Notes: generated by a model from the letters alone, not told the origin. DNA of 64,000 nt from a candidate division Kazan bacterium GW2011_GWA1_50_15 (GCA_001029795.1 CP011216.1:211398-275397); one strand, 5' to 3'. Shown: positions 13,194-23,153, numbered from the stretch's first letter. Numbers and translations: made by a program.

Positions 13194-13724
13194 ATGGAAG
13201 ATAAATCAAAAATCGAAGTCGTCAAACAACTCTTAGAAACCGCTACCGCCAACTTGGCTTCGGCCAAGCAGATTTTGGGTGAGCTGCTAGGGACCTCTTT
13301 TGACGATTTGCCTGCCAAAGTCGCCGGCTTGAAGTCCGAGGGCAATGTAGTTGAGGGCGTGTTTAACGGCGAACATATGCTCGATAAGGACGGTAGGAAG
13401 TATCCAGTGCCGGCCAACTATGCTAGTAAGTCTAAACTGGTGGCTGGCGATGTGTTGAAGTTGACCATTCAAGCGGATGGTTCATTCATTTTTAAACAGA
13501 TCGGACCAGTTGAGCGTAAAAAGTTGATCGGTACGGTCGTCTACGAAAATGATGAGTATAAGGTCGTAGCTGGCGGCAAATCGTATGCCGTGCTGATGGC
13601 CTCGGTAACGTACTTCAAGCTCAAGCCAGGGGACCAGACCACCATCCTAGTGCCGGAGAATGACGACAATGCCCACTGGGCCGCTATTGAAAGTGCGGTC
13701 ATCTCGCCGGGGAGTGAAGGATAG
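13194..13724 (+). CDS. Hypothetical protein (176 aa) with two internally repeated beta-rich segments
   Basis: ORF with a GAGGAG RBS. No recognised motif. Confidence 0.4.
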   Translation: MEDKSKIEVVKQLLETATANLASAKQILGELLGTSFDDLPAKVAGLKSEGNVVEGVFNGEHMLDKDGRKYPVPANYASKSKLVAGDVLKLTIQADGSFIFKQIGPVERKKLIGTVVYENDEYKVVAGGKSYAVLMASVTYFKLKPGDQTTILVPENDDNAHWAAIESAVISPGSEG

Positions 13725-14035
13725 GAAGAAGTATTCAGTAGTTAGCATCTAGGGGTGGTGATTGGGTTGTCCTGCTTAGAGGGTCGTACAAGATACATTG
13801 TGCGACGTTATCTACCCCGGGCGGTAGGGGCCGGTTCCGCCGGTGGGCGGACTTCCCTGCCGGTATTTAAATATGTTCGCCATGCCGATAAAACAAATGT
13901 GGACAAGTTCAGTCCGCCAGCTGGCGGAGACAAAACGCCACCACTCCCCCGCTTATGGATGTCGCCCATAAAAAAACTGCTCTGGAAGCAGTGATTTTAT
14001 ACTTTATATCTGTTGGCTATCTAAAAACTAGCTAA

Positions 14036-15718
14036 CTATAGCTTAGTCGTACTGGACAGGGTTGCAGGAGAGTTCAAAGGGTTATGATAGGTTACTTTTT
14101 TCACAGTCTTGCCGCTGAATGAATCGTAAATGGTCAAACTAGAATTGTTGCCAAAGAACTGTGTAGCCGTATAGGTCTTGGTGGGGTGGTTAGTGAATTC
14201 TGCTGTAATATAGGCGCCAGCCGGCGGCTTCTGATTGCTGACTCCCGTAAATCCGCCATTGAGGTTAGTACCGGAGAGAGTTAATGCTATCGATCCGGCC
14301 TGAAATCCAGCCAGACTGGCAGTCAGGGTACTGGGGGTGCGGTTGGGCGGATTAACCGTAATCGAGATGGCTGAAGAGGTGTATTTAGTGCCTTGGTATG
14401 TAAAGTTGACATAGACTTTGACCATGCCAGCGCTGGTGGCCTTAAAGCGTGCCACTCCCGGGCTGACATAAGACAGTGTGCCGCGATCGTCGGAAGTATT
14501 ATCGGCATAGTTCCATCCATAGCCGATTTTAGTAGATGCAACCTCCTTGCCATTCTCTTTGAGCGCGGCGGTCAGGGTGGCAGTTTCCCCGACCTTTATA
14601 GTGGTAGGGTTAGCCAAAAGGGTGGTAGTGAATTGAACGCCGGGGGTCTGGGACGAGGACGAATCGTTAGTTGGCAGCTGAGCAGGTTGTTGGAACTGAA
14701 TAGCCAACCACCGGGTCGGTCCAGGGAGATCGCCTGCGGAATAGGTCATGGCCGGTATCCTTCGTTCCTCTAAAGGCCCTTGGGTGGGCTTGAGCCACTG
14801 TTCGCGCGGTAGCAGGTACTGGGAGCCGCGAGCGCCCGAGTAGGTAAAGATAAATCGTCTCTCGTCGGCAGGGGTATAGATGGCTGGGTGCGCTAGTGAA
14901 CTGCGTGATTGGAGTACTGGAGCCATCACGAACCGTAACTTGTTAGTGGGGATGGAATATTCAAAAATATTGTCGGCGATTAATCGCACCGGGGTTAGGC
15001 GGACGCCGGGGGTTCTGACCACATAGAGACTATCCTGCCGGGAGCTATTGCCAGCCGTAACAAATTGGTTTTCTGCTAGATAGATCGGTGGCAGAGTGTA
15101 AGAAGTGTTGTTGGATGTGATTTTCGTGTTCTCGATGGCATGGGCATTGGGGGTTAGAGGTTTAAGAGTATTGCTGCTGACCGCTTCTGTCATATATTTC
15201 TTGAACCACTCAGATATTTTGGTGAACGAAGTGAGACGATGCCAAATTTTGTAATTTCTCAATTGGGTCACCCACTCGGTTTTGTCGGCCGGATTACCAG
15301 TAGATGCGGGGGCAATGCGGAACTGCAATCGGAGTTCAGAAGCGTTGGGATTGATGGTAAGTGTCTGAGGGTTCTTGAGGGCGTCGTAGGTGGTATTCAC
15401 GCCTCCCTCGGTGTAGTAGGGGTTAAGTAGCGGCCCGTTGGCATTTATTAGCTTAACCGATGGATAGTAGGTGGCACTGGATTGCGGGCCGCTCAATGAT
15501 CCCCCGGTCGTGACACTAATTAGTTGGAGGCCAAAACGTTCATTCGCGTAGACATCCGTAGCTAGTTCGTTGGGGTTAGTAAACACCGGGAAAGCGCCGC
15601 TACCGCCGATAGCCATCGTCAAAATTACCGCCGCGATAACTATCCCGGCGAACAACACCACTCCTCGATAGCGAGGGTGAAAAATATTTGGGACTGCGGA
15701 TGAGCGACGGCGTGCCAT
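14036..15718 (-). CDS. Membrane-anchored extracellular protein with a C-terminal bacterial Ig-like (Big_2-type) domain
   Basis: N-terminal signal-anchor (VLFAGIVIAAVILTMAIG). C-terminal IKVGETATLTAALKENGKEV...VKVYVNFTYQG resembles a Big_2 fold. Confidence 0.5.
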   Translation of the reverse strand: MARRRSSAVPNIFHPRYRGVVLFAGIVIAAVILTMAIGGSGAFPVFTNPNELATDVYANERFGLQLISVTTGGSLSGPQSSATYYPSVKLINANGPLLNPYYTEGGVNTTYDALKNPQTLTINPNASELRLQFRIAPASTGNPADKTEWVTQLRNYKIWHRLTSFTKISEWFKKYMTEAVSSNTLKPLTPNAHAIENTKITSNNTSYTLPPIYLAENQFVTAGNSSRQDSLYVVRTPGVRLTPVRLIADNIFEYSIPTNKLRFVMAPVLQSRSSLAHPAIYTPADERRFIFTYSGARGSQYLLPREQWLKPTQGPLEERRIPAMTYSAGDLPGPTRWLAIQFQQPAQLPTNDSSSSQTPGVQFTTTLLANPTTIKVGETATLTAALKENGKEVASTKIGYGWNYADNTSDDRGTLSYVSPGVARFKATSAGMVKVYVNFTYQGTKYTSSAISITVNPPNRTPSTLTASLAGFQAGSIALTLSGTNLNGGFTGVSNQKPPAGAYITAEFTNHPTKTYTATQFFGNNSSLTIYDSFSGKTVKKVTYHNPLNSPATLSSTTKL

Positions 15719-15750
15719 AAGTTATTTCCAGTATATCAACGCATTGGAAT

Positions 15751-15780
15751 AAAAAAAGCCCCGGACGTATAGTCGGGGCT
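15751..15780 (-). terminator. Rho-independent terminator for the M23-peptidase operon
   Basis: aaaaaaAGCCCCGgacgtatagtCGGGGCT: A-tract on the plus strand equals a U-tract on the minus transcript. Confidence 0.6.
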
Positions 15781-15819
15781 AAGCAATGTACAGGGCGCTA
15801 ATTTGTGAGTTCTCTTCCA

Positions 15820-16203
15820 TCACTGGTCAAACTCAAGGGCGGGTTTGGGGCGTTGGGGCGGAGGAGGCGCTGGGTCAATGTGGAACTCCCGCGGCGAGCG
15901 AGCTTTGAAGGCACCCCGGATCCATCCCCGCAGAGCCTCTATTTGAGAATCTTCTGAATCAGCCGGAACAGACGTAAGCAGTCGCTCTAGCAGGTAACCG
16001 ATGTGATTGTTTGGCTTTTGATCAGGTTGCCCCGCCGCAATAGTTAACTTCGTAAGTCCTGGCTTGTAGGCGATCTTCATATAGGTGAACTCAACTCCCT
16101 CAACGATGATCTGCGGTTGATCGGTCTCGTCTCTCAATTCGCCAAAGATCCAGGCCATGACCTGGTCAATCGCAGCTTCGCGGGCCTTTTCTTCGCTAGT
16201 CAC
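15820..16203 (-). CDS. Hypothetical protein (127 aa), Pro-rich C-terminus
   Basis: ORF whose start overlaps the stop of the upstream ORF by 8 nt (translational coupling). Confidence 0.4.
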   Translation of the reverse strand: MTSEEKAREAAIDQVMAWIFGELRDETDQPQIIVEGVEFTYMKIAYKPGLTKLTIAAGQPDQKPNNHIGYLLERLLTSVPADSEDSQIEALRGWIRGAFKARSPREFHIDPAPPPPQRPKPALEFDQ

Positions 16204-16453
16204 AATTTATCGCCCCCCGCTGATCGGCGATCGAGGACACCGTGTCAAACGGAATGTTTCCAAGTTTGCCGCGAAACATTAGCACGGGGTACTTGGGATT
16301 GGTGTCGTATCCCATAAAGTCTACGCCCTTAAACATCCAGACGGCTCCGTCCTTCTCGATCAGGGTGAACTCTTGGTCAGACGGGAATTTACCAATGTAG
16401 GCCTTGACCGCTTCACCGCTGGCACGCAACTTTTCCGGGTGATGCGAGATCAT
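16196..16453 (-). CDS. Hypothetical protein (85 aa)
   Basis: ORF with an AGGAGG RBS. Coupled to the downstream ORF. Confidence 0.4.
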   Translation of the reverse strand: MISHHPEKLRASGEAVKAYIGKFPSDQEFTLIEKDGAVWMFKGVDFMGYDTNPKYPVLMFRGKLGNIPFDTVSSIADQRGAINCD

Positions 16454-16514
16454 TTTGCAGCCACCTCCTTGAAGATTTTTAAAGTGCGGGGCGCGTAGGT
16501 AGGATTCAGTATTC

Positions 16515-16913
16515 CTAGCTCCAGCTAGCCTTCAGCTGGACTCGTCCATCTTTATAATGACGGACGCTCGAACGAATGCGAACATTCCGGAACGTGTACT
16601 GGTGGTCTTGTCCGCATTCCCCACAACCTTCGATGGTGATGGTTTTGACGTCATGTAGGTCGATAACGACCGGGTCGAGCCAGGGTTTCTTCGCGTTTCC
16701 CAATGGTCGCACGACGATGGAGGCAGCGGAATTAGGAACTTTATCAACCAAGAGAGCTCCCGATACGATCTTCTTGTTCTCCAGCTTGACAGTGCAGGTC
16801 GCAAGAGAAAGACCATCACTCATCTTCCGGAAACTACTGGCCAAGTGAGCCAAGCTGTGGTGACCTATTACAACCTCATGCTCTGAACATGGGCGGGTTG
16901 ACCCTATTCCCAT
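16515..16913 (-). CDS. Hypothetical protein (132 aa) with a CGECG motif
   Basis: ORF with a GGAGG RBS, 24 nt downstream of the M23 peptidase gene. Confidence 0.4.
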   Translation of the reverse strand: MGIGSTRPCSEHEVVIGHHSLAHLASSFRKMSDGLSLATCTVKLENKKIVSGALLVDKVPNSAASIVVRPLGNAKKPWLDPVVIDLHDVKTITIEGCGECGQDHQYTFRNVRIRSSVRHYKDGRVQLKASWS

Positions 16914-16937
16914 ACTAATTACCTCCTCAAGAGTAAT

Positions 16938-17744
16938 TTACCAGCGGAAATCTTCCGCTAAAAATTTTAAAGTACCATCTTTGTACCGGTTAGCCGGTAC
17001 ATCAGGCATAATAGCACTTTCAAGCTCTGGGAACAAGTATTTGGCGGGGTTAATCGCCCACCGCTCACCGTTAATGATTCGGTCAATTTGGAAATGCAGA
17101 TGCGGGTTGATGGTACCGGAGTTGCCGGTGTACCCAATTACCTGGCCCCTTTGGACCCTCTCCCCTACCGCTACGGAAATTTTACTTAAGTGGGCGTAAG
17201 TAATTTGAAAACTATTTGTTTGCACAATGATAGTGTCGCCGGCTTTGGTTCCGATGAAGGTCACTCCCCCATCGCTAGCCGAAACGACGGGAGTGCCGGT
17301 TCTTGTTGCAATGTCGATACCATTGTGCCGATTGCCCCAAGCGGGGTATTTGATATTATAGTCTTCGTCGATGGCTTTGAAATGGCCGAATAGGCCATAA
17401 ACGAACCAGGTATCACCGGGTTGATAAATAAACTTGCCATCCACTACGCCGTAGATTGAAATGGAGTCGTTATTGATATCGGACCACGAGAAAGTGTCGG
17501 CGGGGCCGATGTGGTTGGTGTGGATGGATGGGCCTTGGAGCGGGAAGATCAAGTTTAATGGTAGCCCCTCGGTTCCTCGGGGTAACATTAATTCAGCTGG
17601 GTCGGGAGCAACCAGAACCTCTCGGCTATCGATAATCTCGCCGGCAGTGGTCGGTTGAGCAGGAGCTTGGGCTTGGACTGGCGAGAATAGGAAAAACAGT
17701 CCCACCCCAGAAGCTAAAATTAGGCGAAAATGATTTCTCATCAC
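16938..17744 (-). CDS. Secreted M23/LytM-family metallopeptidase
   Basis: Signal peptide. HNGIDIA...D and GNSGTINPHLHFQI (HxH) zinc-binding motifs of peptidase M23. Confidence 0.8.
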   Translation of the reverse strand: MMRNHFRLILASGVGLFFLFSPVQAQAPAQPTTAGEIIDSREVLVAPDPAELMLPRGTEGLPLNLIFPLQGPSIHTNHIGPADTFSWSDINNDSISIYGVVDGKFIYQPGDTWFVYGLFGHFKAIDEDYNIKYPAWGNRHNGIDIATRTGTPVVSASDGGVTFIGTKAGDTIIVQTNSFQITYAHLSKISVAVGERVQRGQVIGYTGNSGTINPHLHFQIDRIINGERWAINPAKYLFPELESAIMPDVPANRYKDGTLKFLAEDFRW

Positions 17745-17844
17745 TAGGCCCCCATTAGGTCTAGATCGGTTTATTTTCGCCCCAGGTTTACCTACCGAAG
17801 GCAGGTTCGGTTCGAGAGTAGCAGAAAATTAGTTTCAGAACAAG

Positions 17845-17875
17845 AAAAAACCCTCTGGGGACCAAAGGGTTTTTA
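17845..17875. terminator. Bidirectional rho-independent terminator downstream of ORF 17888..18694
   Basis: aaaaaACCCTctggggaccaaAGGGTttttt: A-tract and T-tract on both sides. Confidence 0.55.
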
Positions 17876-17887
17876 GGTATGCGCAAA

Positions 17888-18694
17888 TTACGTTTCGAGG
17901 GTGGCGCCGAGCTGACGGAGCTTGTCGAGCAGTTTTTCTCCATCCGGCATTTCCTTGAGCGCCTCCTGAAAGCTAGCGCTAACGGTAAGCGACGTCTGGA
18001 GGGTAACAGTTTCGCCGGGTTCGCCTGGAGAAAGTGCCTGTTGTTGGTGTGGCTCCAACACCGACCATGCCAGAGCGTTGTAGGTCTTGGGAAAGCTGCG
18101 AAAGCAGCTGTCGCAGAGTAAGAACATCGCATCTAGCTCACGTAAGGCAGTGAACTGGTAGGCGCCACTTATGCCAGGACGGGACTCGGCGTAAACCGGG
18201 TCAAGCATGACCCCAACAAAGAAAGGGGCCAAAGAATCCGATACTGGGGTCTGGCAGAGCACACATTGGCATGTGGGGTGGAGCTCTGCATGTAAAGCGT
18301 GGACGCTGTCCAATAACACCGCGTGGGCGTCAGACCACTCCTTGTACTCTCTGACGGGCAGCATCTTCCCGTTCATGTGGTGATGGCGCAGTGCGAGCAG
18401 CGTCTGGACACTTAGGTACTGGAAGAGCTTATCCCAGACCTCGGAGTAGTTGAAACATCCCCGCAAGCACACATAGCAAAGCGCTTGGTTGTCTTCGCTG
18501 ACGACTCGGCCGAGCGGCGGCCAGCTTTGAGGGGTGTCCTCGCCAATCGGCGGGAATGTAACGGCTGGTAAGTAGGGGTGGATGAAGAGCCCTTCGTTGA
18601 CGCTCAGTAGCGCATCTCGGACGTCCGTAACACTTTCTGAATCAAGGGGAATTGGGTAGACCAATTTCCCACACTCACAGCAAGACAAGCTCAT
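17888..18694 (-). CDS. Cys-rich hypothetical protein (268 aa) with several CxxC pairs
   Basis: CCECGK, CYVCLRGC, CQCVLCQ and CDSC clusters suggest multiple zinc-binding sites. No family recognised. Confidence 0.45.
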   Translation of the reverse strand: MSLSCCECGKLVYPIPLDSESVTDVRDALLSVNEGLFIHPYLPAVTFPPIGEDTPQSWPPLGRVVSEDNQALCYVCLRGCFNYSEVWDKLFQYLSVQTLLALRHHHMNGKMLPVREYKEWSDAHAVLLDSVHALHAELHPTCQCVLCQTPVSDSLAPFFVGVMLDPVYAESRPGISGAYQFTALRELDAMFLLCDSCFRSFPKTYNALAWSVLEPHQQQALSPGEPGETVTLQTSLTVSASFQEALKEMPDGEKLLDKLRQLGATLET

Positions 18695-18769
18695 GGTAAA
18701 ACCCTCCTTTGAGCTAGATATGTCAACAATACAAGATCAGGAGTATTCTAGCAGAAAAGTGGCTCTGGG

Positions 18770-21700
18770 TCAAGTTTTCTTGATGTTGCCGATGAGTGCG
18801 GTCAGGGCCTCTAACCAATCCGTTGAGGCGAGGTCCGTGTGCGGGAAAGAGATGTATTTCTCCCCTACTTCCAAATGCGACGCCAGTTTAAGCAAGGGTT
18901 CCAACATCTTTGGTTTGGGCGGAGTGGCTAGATGAATAGTAATTTGATACTTGGGCGCCACATTACTGGGATGAAGGTTTTTGGCGGCAATGGAAGTAAT
19001 TTGCTGGGTAGCGAGAGCGGCTAGTTTTAGGCGTAGAAGTTTTTTTAGATTAATGACTTCAACTGGCAATTTGCCGTGGTTTTCTTCAATCCGTTTGAAT
19101 TCATCTTCCAACTCACGAGTATTTTCAATTACGCCAAGGGTTTGATAAATTTTTAGGCGCTGACTCTCGGCGTCGACGTATTTGACCGGCAAATAGGCGG
19201 CTACCGGTAGGTCGATAGTAACATCCGAGACATCGATCTTGTTGCCGGTGCGCATCTCCTCGATAGCCTTGTTGAGTAACTTGGTGTACAAACTCAAACC
19301 AATGGCAGTAATGTGGCCGTGTTGTTCGCGTGACAAGACTCCGCCAGCGCCGCGGATTTGCATATCTCGCATCGAGATATTATAACCACTACCCAGCTCG
19401 GTATTCTCTTGAATGGTTTTCAAGCGTTCCAATGCCTTGGGGCTCAGCTTGCCTTTGTTGTAGAGGAAATAGGCGTAGGCCTGCACCTTACCTCGACCAA
19501 TTCGGCCACGGAGCTGATGTAATTGACTCAAGCCAAAGTGGCCGGCGTCATCCACCAGTAGGGTGTTAACATTCGGGTTATCTAAACCGTTCTCGATGAT
19601 CGTCGAGGCGATCAGTACGTCGTACTGGTTCTGATTGAACGACTGCATGATCTTGGCCAGCAGCCGTTCGCTCATCTGCCCGTGGGCGTGAATGAATTTG
19701 ATCTCGGGCATTAACTTTTCCAGCTTGTGCTGAACGGTATCAATGGTCTGTACCCGATTGTGGACGAAATAGACCTGCCCGCCGCGCTTAATTTCTTTTT
19801 CGACAGCCTGTTGGATGATGTCGGGGGTGTACGGAGAAACGGTGGTGATAATGGGGAGACGATTCGTCGGCGGGGTCTCAATTATGGAAATGTCGCGGAT
19901 GCCAGACAAGGCCAAGTTCAGGGTCCGCGGGATAGGTGTGGCGGTCAAACTCAACACATCCACTTCGCTCCGCAGCTGCTTAAGTTTTTCTTTGTGGGCT
20001 ACACCAAACCGCTGCTCTTCGTCAATGACGACCAGTCCGAGATTTTTGAACTTGATGTCTTTGGACAAAAGCCGATGGGTGCCAATAACGATATCTACCT
20101 CGCCCAGCTTCAGTTGGGCTACCACTTGGTCTTGTTCACCCTTAGACTTGAACCGGCTGAGGGCGGCCACCCGCGTACTGAAGGGCTTCAAGCGCTCGGT
20201 GAAGGTCTTGTACTGCTGTTCCACTAGAATGGTGGTAGGTGCCAGGTATGCCACCTGGTAGCCGGAGGTGATGGCCTTGAACGCCGCGCGGATCGCCACC
20301 TCGGTTTTACCAAAACCCACATCGGCGACGAGCAGACGGTCCATCGGCTTGTCTTTTTCCATATCCCGCAATATCTCGTTGATGACCGACTCTTGATCGG
20401 GGGTTTCTTCGAAAGCAAAGGTGTCGGCCAATGCTTTTTCCCAAAGCTCTTCGGAGTTAAAACTAATGCCTTGATTCAACTGCCGCTTGGCGTAGAGGTC
20501 TAAAAGCTCTTTGGCGAACTTATGGGACTCTTTGCGAATGCGGCTGATGACCCGTTTCCAGGACTGGCTGGAGAGCCGAGTCAGTTGCGGCGGTCGGCCG
20601 TCAACCGAGATGTATTTGCTGACCTTGTCGATCTGGTCGATAGGCACATACAGCTTGTCGCCCTTGGCGTATTCGACGATCAGGTACTCTCTTTCAACAC
20701 CATTGAGCTGGAGTTTTTGGATATCAAGGAGGCGGCCGATGCCGTGGTCGTTGTGAACGATGTAATCGCCTCTAGCGATCTCGGCTAAGAACAGTCTTTG
20801 TTGTTTGCCGGTGGCGCTACTTTTAATATCCGCGGTGATGGCGAATATCTCATCGTCAGTCAAAAGCATGAGTTGCAGGGATGGGCTAATTGTGCCGATG
20901 CCAGCCACGGGGGCTAGGGCGGCCGGACTGGAGTCGAGGGTGATATCAGCTTCTTTTAAGAGCTGAGTTAAGGATTTGGTCTTGTCGGTGCTGATGCCGA
21001 TCTGCCAACGGTCGGACAGATGCTTTTGGATATCTTTAGTTAAACGATCCATCTGTGAAGCGTAGATGGGTGGTTCGAAGAAATCAAAATCAATTCGTTC
21101 GATATCGCCAGAAGCGATAGCCTCAATTTTTACAAGCGGCAGGTCGTCGAGGGCTTTGTTGATGGTAGCTAGCCGAGTGTTTTCGCTGGCGACGAACATC
21201 TCATAGAGAGACTGCATGATCTCATCAGTGTGGTCCAGAACAACTATGGTTTTATCTTTGACCTCACCGAGATGCTCGACTAGGCTTGGCGCGAAAGCTT
21301 TGATTTTGATGGCGGCTAGGGTGACTTGGGCGACAGAGTCGATCTTAGTGCCGTTGATCGGCTCGAAGCTGTATATTTTTTCGATCCGATCGCCCGCAAA
21401 AGTTATCCGTAGCGGATGATGTCCAAAAATCGGGAATACATCTACAACTTCCCCACGCTGAGAGACTTCGCCGGCTTGGAAAGTTTTAGTCTGACGCTCA
21501 AACCCCAGCCCGATTAGTTGGGTAACCAGTTGAGTGGGGCCAATGGTTTGATCGACCCGAAGATCCAAAGATGCCGCAGGGGCCGTTAGAGGTTCAATCA
21601 GATGTTTGCCGGTAAAAATGGTTATCTGTTTAGGCTGGGCCAATTGCTCGCTCATCGTCACTCGAGTTTTGAAGTTCTCGATAAACTCTTCGCGGTTCAA

Positions 21701-21976
21701 AGAACTAGACCTAAGCGGCGGGTAGATGTTGGCCGCAATACCCCACAGATCTTGCATCAGCCGGTGGAGTGCGAACTGGTCCTGCTCGCTTTTAGTGATG
21801 AAAACAATGGACTTATCTTGGATAGAGGTGAGAGCCGCTAATAGCAAAGACCGCCCAAACTGGTTGAGCCCGGTTAAAGTAATTTTTTGCTTGCCAATCT
21901 GTCCCCTTAGTGTCTTGAAACTATCTCTGGCAGCAAACTTTTCGCGGATTGAGGCGTAGAAATCCGAGTCAGCCAA
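18770..21976 (-). CDS. mfd: Transcription-repair coupling factor
   Basis: 1068 aa. DEAD-box helicase motif I (DVGFGKTEVA), DEEQRFG motif II, UvrB-homology N-terminus and TRG region. The start codon is TTG (read from the DNA). Confidence 0.9.
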   Translation of the reverse strand: MADSDFYASIREKFAARDSFKTLRGQIGKQKITLTGLNQFGRSLLLAALTSIQDKSIVFITKSEQDQFALHRLMQDLWGIAANIYPPLRSSSLNREEFIENFKTRVTMSEQLAQPKQITIFTGKHLIEPLTAPAASLDLRVDQTIGPTQLVTQLIGLGFERQTKTFQAGEVSQRGEVVDVFPIFGHHPLRITFAGDRIEKIYSFEPINGTKIDSVAQVTLAAIKIKAFAPSLVEHLGEVKDKTIVVLDHTDEIMQSLYEMFVASENTRLATINKALDDLPLVKIEAIASGDIERIDFDFFEPPIYASQMDRLTKDIQKHLSDRWQIGISTDKTKSLTQLLKEADITLDSSPAALAPVAGIGTISPSLQLMLLTDDEIFAITADIKSSATGKQQRLFLAEIARGDYIVHNDHGIGRLLDIQKLQLNGVEREYLIVEYAKGDKLYVPIDQIDKVSKYISVDGRPPQLTRLSSQSWKRVISRIRKESHKFAKELLDLYAKRQLNQGISFNSEELWEKALADTFAFEETPDQESVINEILRDMEKDKPMDRLLVADVGFGKTEVAIRAAFKAITSGYQVAYLAPTTILVEQQYKTFTERLKPFSTRVAALSRFKSKGEQDQVVAQLKLGEVDIVIGTHRLLSKDIKFKNLGLVVIDEEQRFGVAHKEKLKQLRSEVDVLSLTATPIPRTLNLALSGIRDISIIETPPTNRLPIITTVSPYTPDIIQQAVEKEIKRGGQVYFVHNRVQTIDTVQHKLEKLMPEIKFIHAHGQMSERLLAKIMQSFNQNQYDVLIASTIIENGLDNPNVNTLLVDDAGHFGLSQLHQLRGRIGRGKVQAYAYFLYNKGKLSPKALERLKTIQENTELGSGYNISMRDMQIRGAGGVLSREQHGHITAIGLSLYTKLLNKAIEEMRTGNKIDVSDVTIDLPVAAYLPVKYVDAESQRLKIYQTLGVIENTRELEDEFKRIEENHGKLPVEVINLKKLLRLKLAALATQQITSIAAKNLHPSNVAPKYQITIHLATPPKPKMLEPLLKLASHLEVGEKYISFPHTDLASTDWLEALTALIGNIKKT

Positions 21977-21979
21977 CTA

Positions 21980-22008
21980 TTGACAAAAAATGAAATATAT
22001 GGTACAAT
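21980..22008 (+). promoter_or_regulatory. Consensus-like sigma70 promoter (TTGACA, 17 nt spacer, TACAAT) pointing into the ORF-free region 22010..22445
   Basis: Read directly. It is divergent from the mfd start and no plus-strand CDS follows. Confidence 0.45.
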
Positions 22009-22035
22009 GAAATGATAATCGAATCCCCTATCGGT

Positions 22036-22190
22036 GTCATCCTGAACTTGATTCAGGATCCATTCCCCTCTCCTCTTTCGTCATTCCAGCGGAGGTGGGA
22101 ATCCAGGCCGGATAAGAATAATTTTTCTTTTTCTGTCTGGACCCCGGGTCAAGCCCGGGATGACAGAAAGATGTGGTCGGGATGACGAAG
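22036..22190. repeat. Cluster of GC-rich palindromic repeat units (GTCATCCTGAACTTGATTCAGGATCC; CGTCATTCCAGCGGAGGTGGGAATCC; CTGGACCCCGGGTCAAGCCCGGGATGAC; GGGATGACGAAG)
   Basis: Each unit is an inverted repeat with GTCATYCC / GGRATGAC termini. Related copies are at 29134..29224, 41268..41352, 54479..54557 and 62105..62130. Confidence 0.55.
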
Positions 22191-22421
22191 AAGGAAATGG
22201 TTTGCAACTTGTCACTTATGACCTTTAACTTTTCACTGGTTCAGCGATAGGTGGGAGGGTCTTGCTCGTGAATGACTGTTCTACCCTCCTTGAACAGCGC
22301 TTTGCGAGCAAAACTCTCCCTGCTTATTCTACCGGTGTCCCATCCCATTAAATCTCACCTTCTGGGATTGGTACAAAAGCCGAATGGCTGATACCGGGAT
22401 TCTGGGGAGAAAATTGCAAGA

Positions 22422-22447
22422 GGAAGGCATCGTCCTTCCTTTTGCTT
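22422..22447 (+). terminator. Plus-strand rho-independent terminator (GGAAGGcatcgtCCTTCC + TTTTGCTT) ending the ORF-free region
   Basis: Stem-loop followed by a T-tract on the plus strand only. Overlaps the pth stop codon. Confidence 0.5.
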
Positions 22448-22970
22448 ATAAAAGCATCTCGATTACCTGGGGTAAGACCGCTTTGACGGCGGTCATTTCT
22501 TTTGCGGTGAACTGGCGCAGGACGAATTCGGCTGTGTCGATATTAGGCGAACCAATTCCGATCTTGAGGCGAGAGAGGTTGGTAGTTTGTAGCTGGTCGA
22601 TGACGGACTGCATCCCCTTGTGTCCGGCGCTACTCCCCTTCTCCCGCAGGCGCAGTTCCCCCAAGGGTAGGTCGACATCGTCATAGACCACTGTCAGGTT
22701 CTTCTGGGGGATATTGAAATGCTTTAACAGCCGCGTCACCACGCTGCCCGAATTATTCATCAGTTTAGTGGGCTTCGCAAGGATTATCTTGTCAGCCCGG
22801 ACGATGCTAGCGCCGAGCTTTTTGTCCTCCCGCCACTTGAGTTTTAATTCCTTAGCCAAAAAATCCACCGCCAGATAGCCGGCGTTGTGTCGAGTGCGTT
22901 CATATTGTTTGCCCGGGTTGCCCAGGCCGACTATCAGTTTAGTCATCGTCTTCGGTTTCTGGACGGTCAT
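22446..22970 (-). CDS. pth: Peptidyl-tRNA hydrolase
   Basis: LIVGLGNPGKQYERTRHNAGY motif. The likely true start is the internal Met MTKLIVGLG at 22946. Confidence 0.85.
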   Translation of the reverse strand: MTVQKPKTMTKLIVGLGNPGKQYERTRHNAGYLAVDFLAKELKLKWREDKKLGASIVRADKIILAKPTKLMNNSGSVVTRLLKHFNIPQKNLTVVYDDVDLPLGELRLREKGSSAGHKGMQSVIDQLQTTNLSRLKIGIGSPNIDTAEFVLRQFTAKEMTAVKAVLPQVIEMLL

Positions 22971-23142
22971 CCTTCAGTGCCTCGAGGAGTTCCTTGGCCT
23001 CCCTCGAGATCTCAACCGTATCTTCATGGTAATGACGGTCAGGGGTGACCTCTTCTACCCTCTCAACCTTCTTATTCTTCTCTTTGCGATAGAAAAAAGG
23101 AGGAACCCCCTCGCCGGGGTTAATTTTTCCAATCTCGTTCAT
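22939..23142 (-). CDS. Small acidic hypothetical protein (67 aa)
   Basis: ORF only. Overlaps the annotated pth start; acidic C-terminus. Confidence 0.3.
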   Translation of the reverse strand: MNEIGKINPGEGVPPFFYRKEKNKKVERVEEVTPDRHYHEDTVEISREAKELLEALKDDRPETEDDD

Positions 23143-23153
23143 ACGACAATAGT

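Noticed and set aside
19330-21959. Several plus-strand ORFs (67-166 aa) inside mfd
   Set aside because: They are antisense to mfd with low-complexity Arg/Gly-rich translations, so they are judged spurious.
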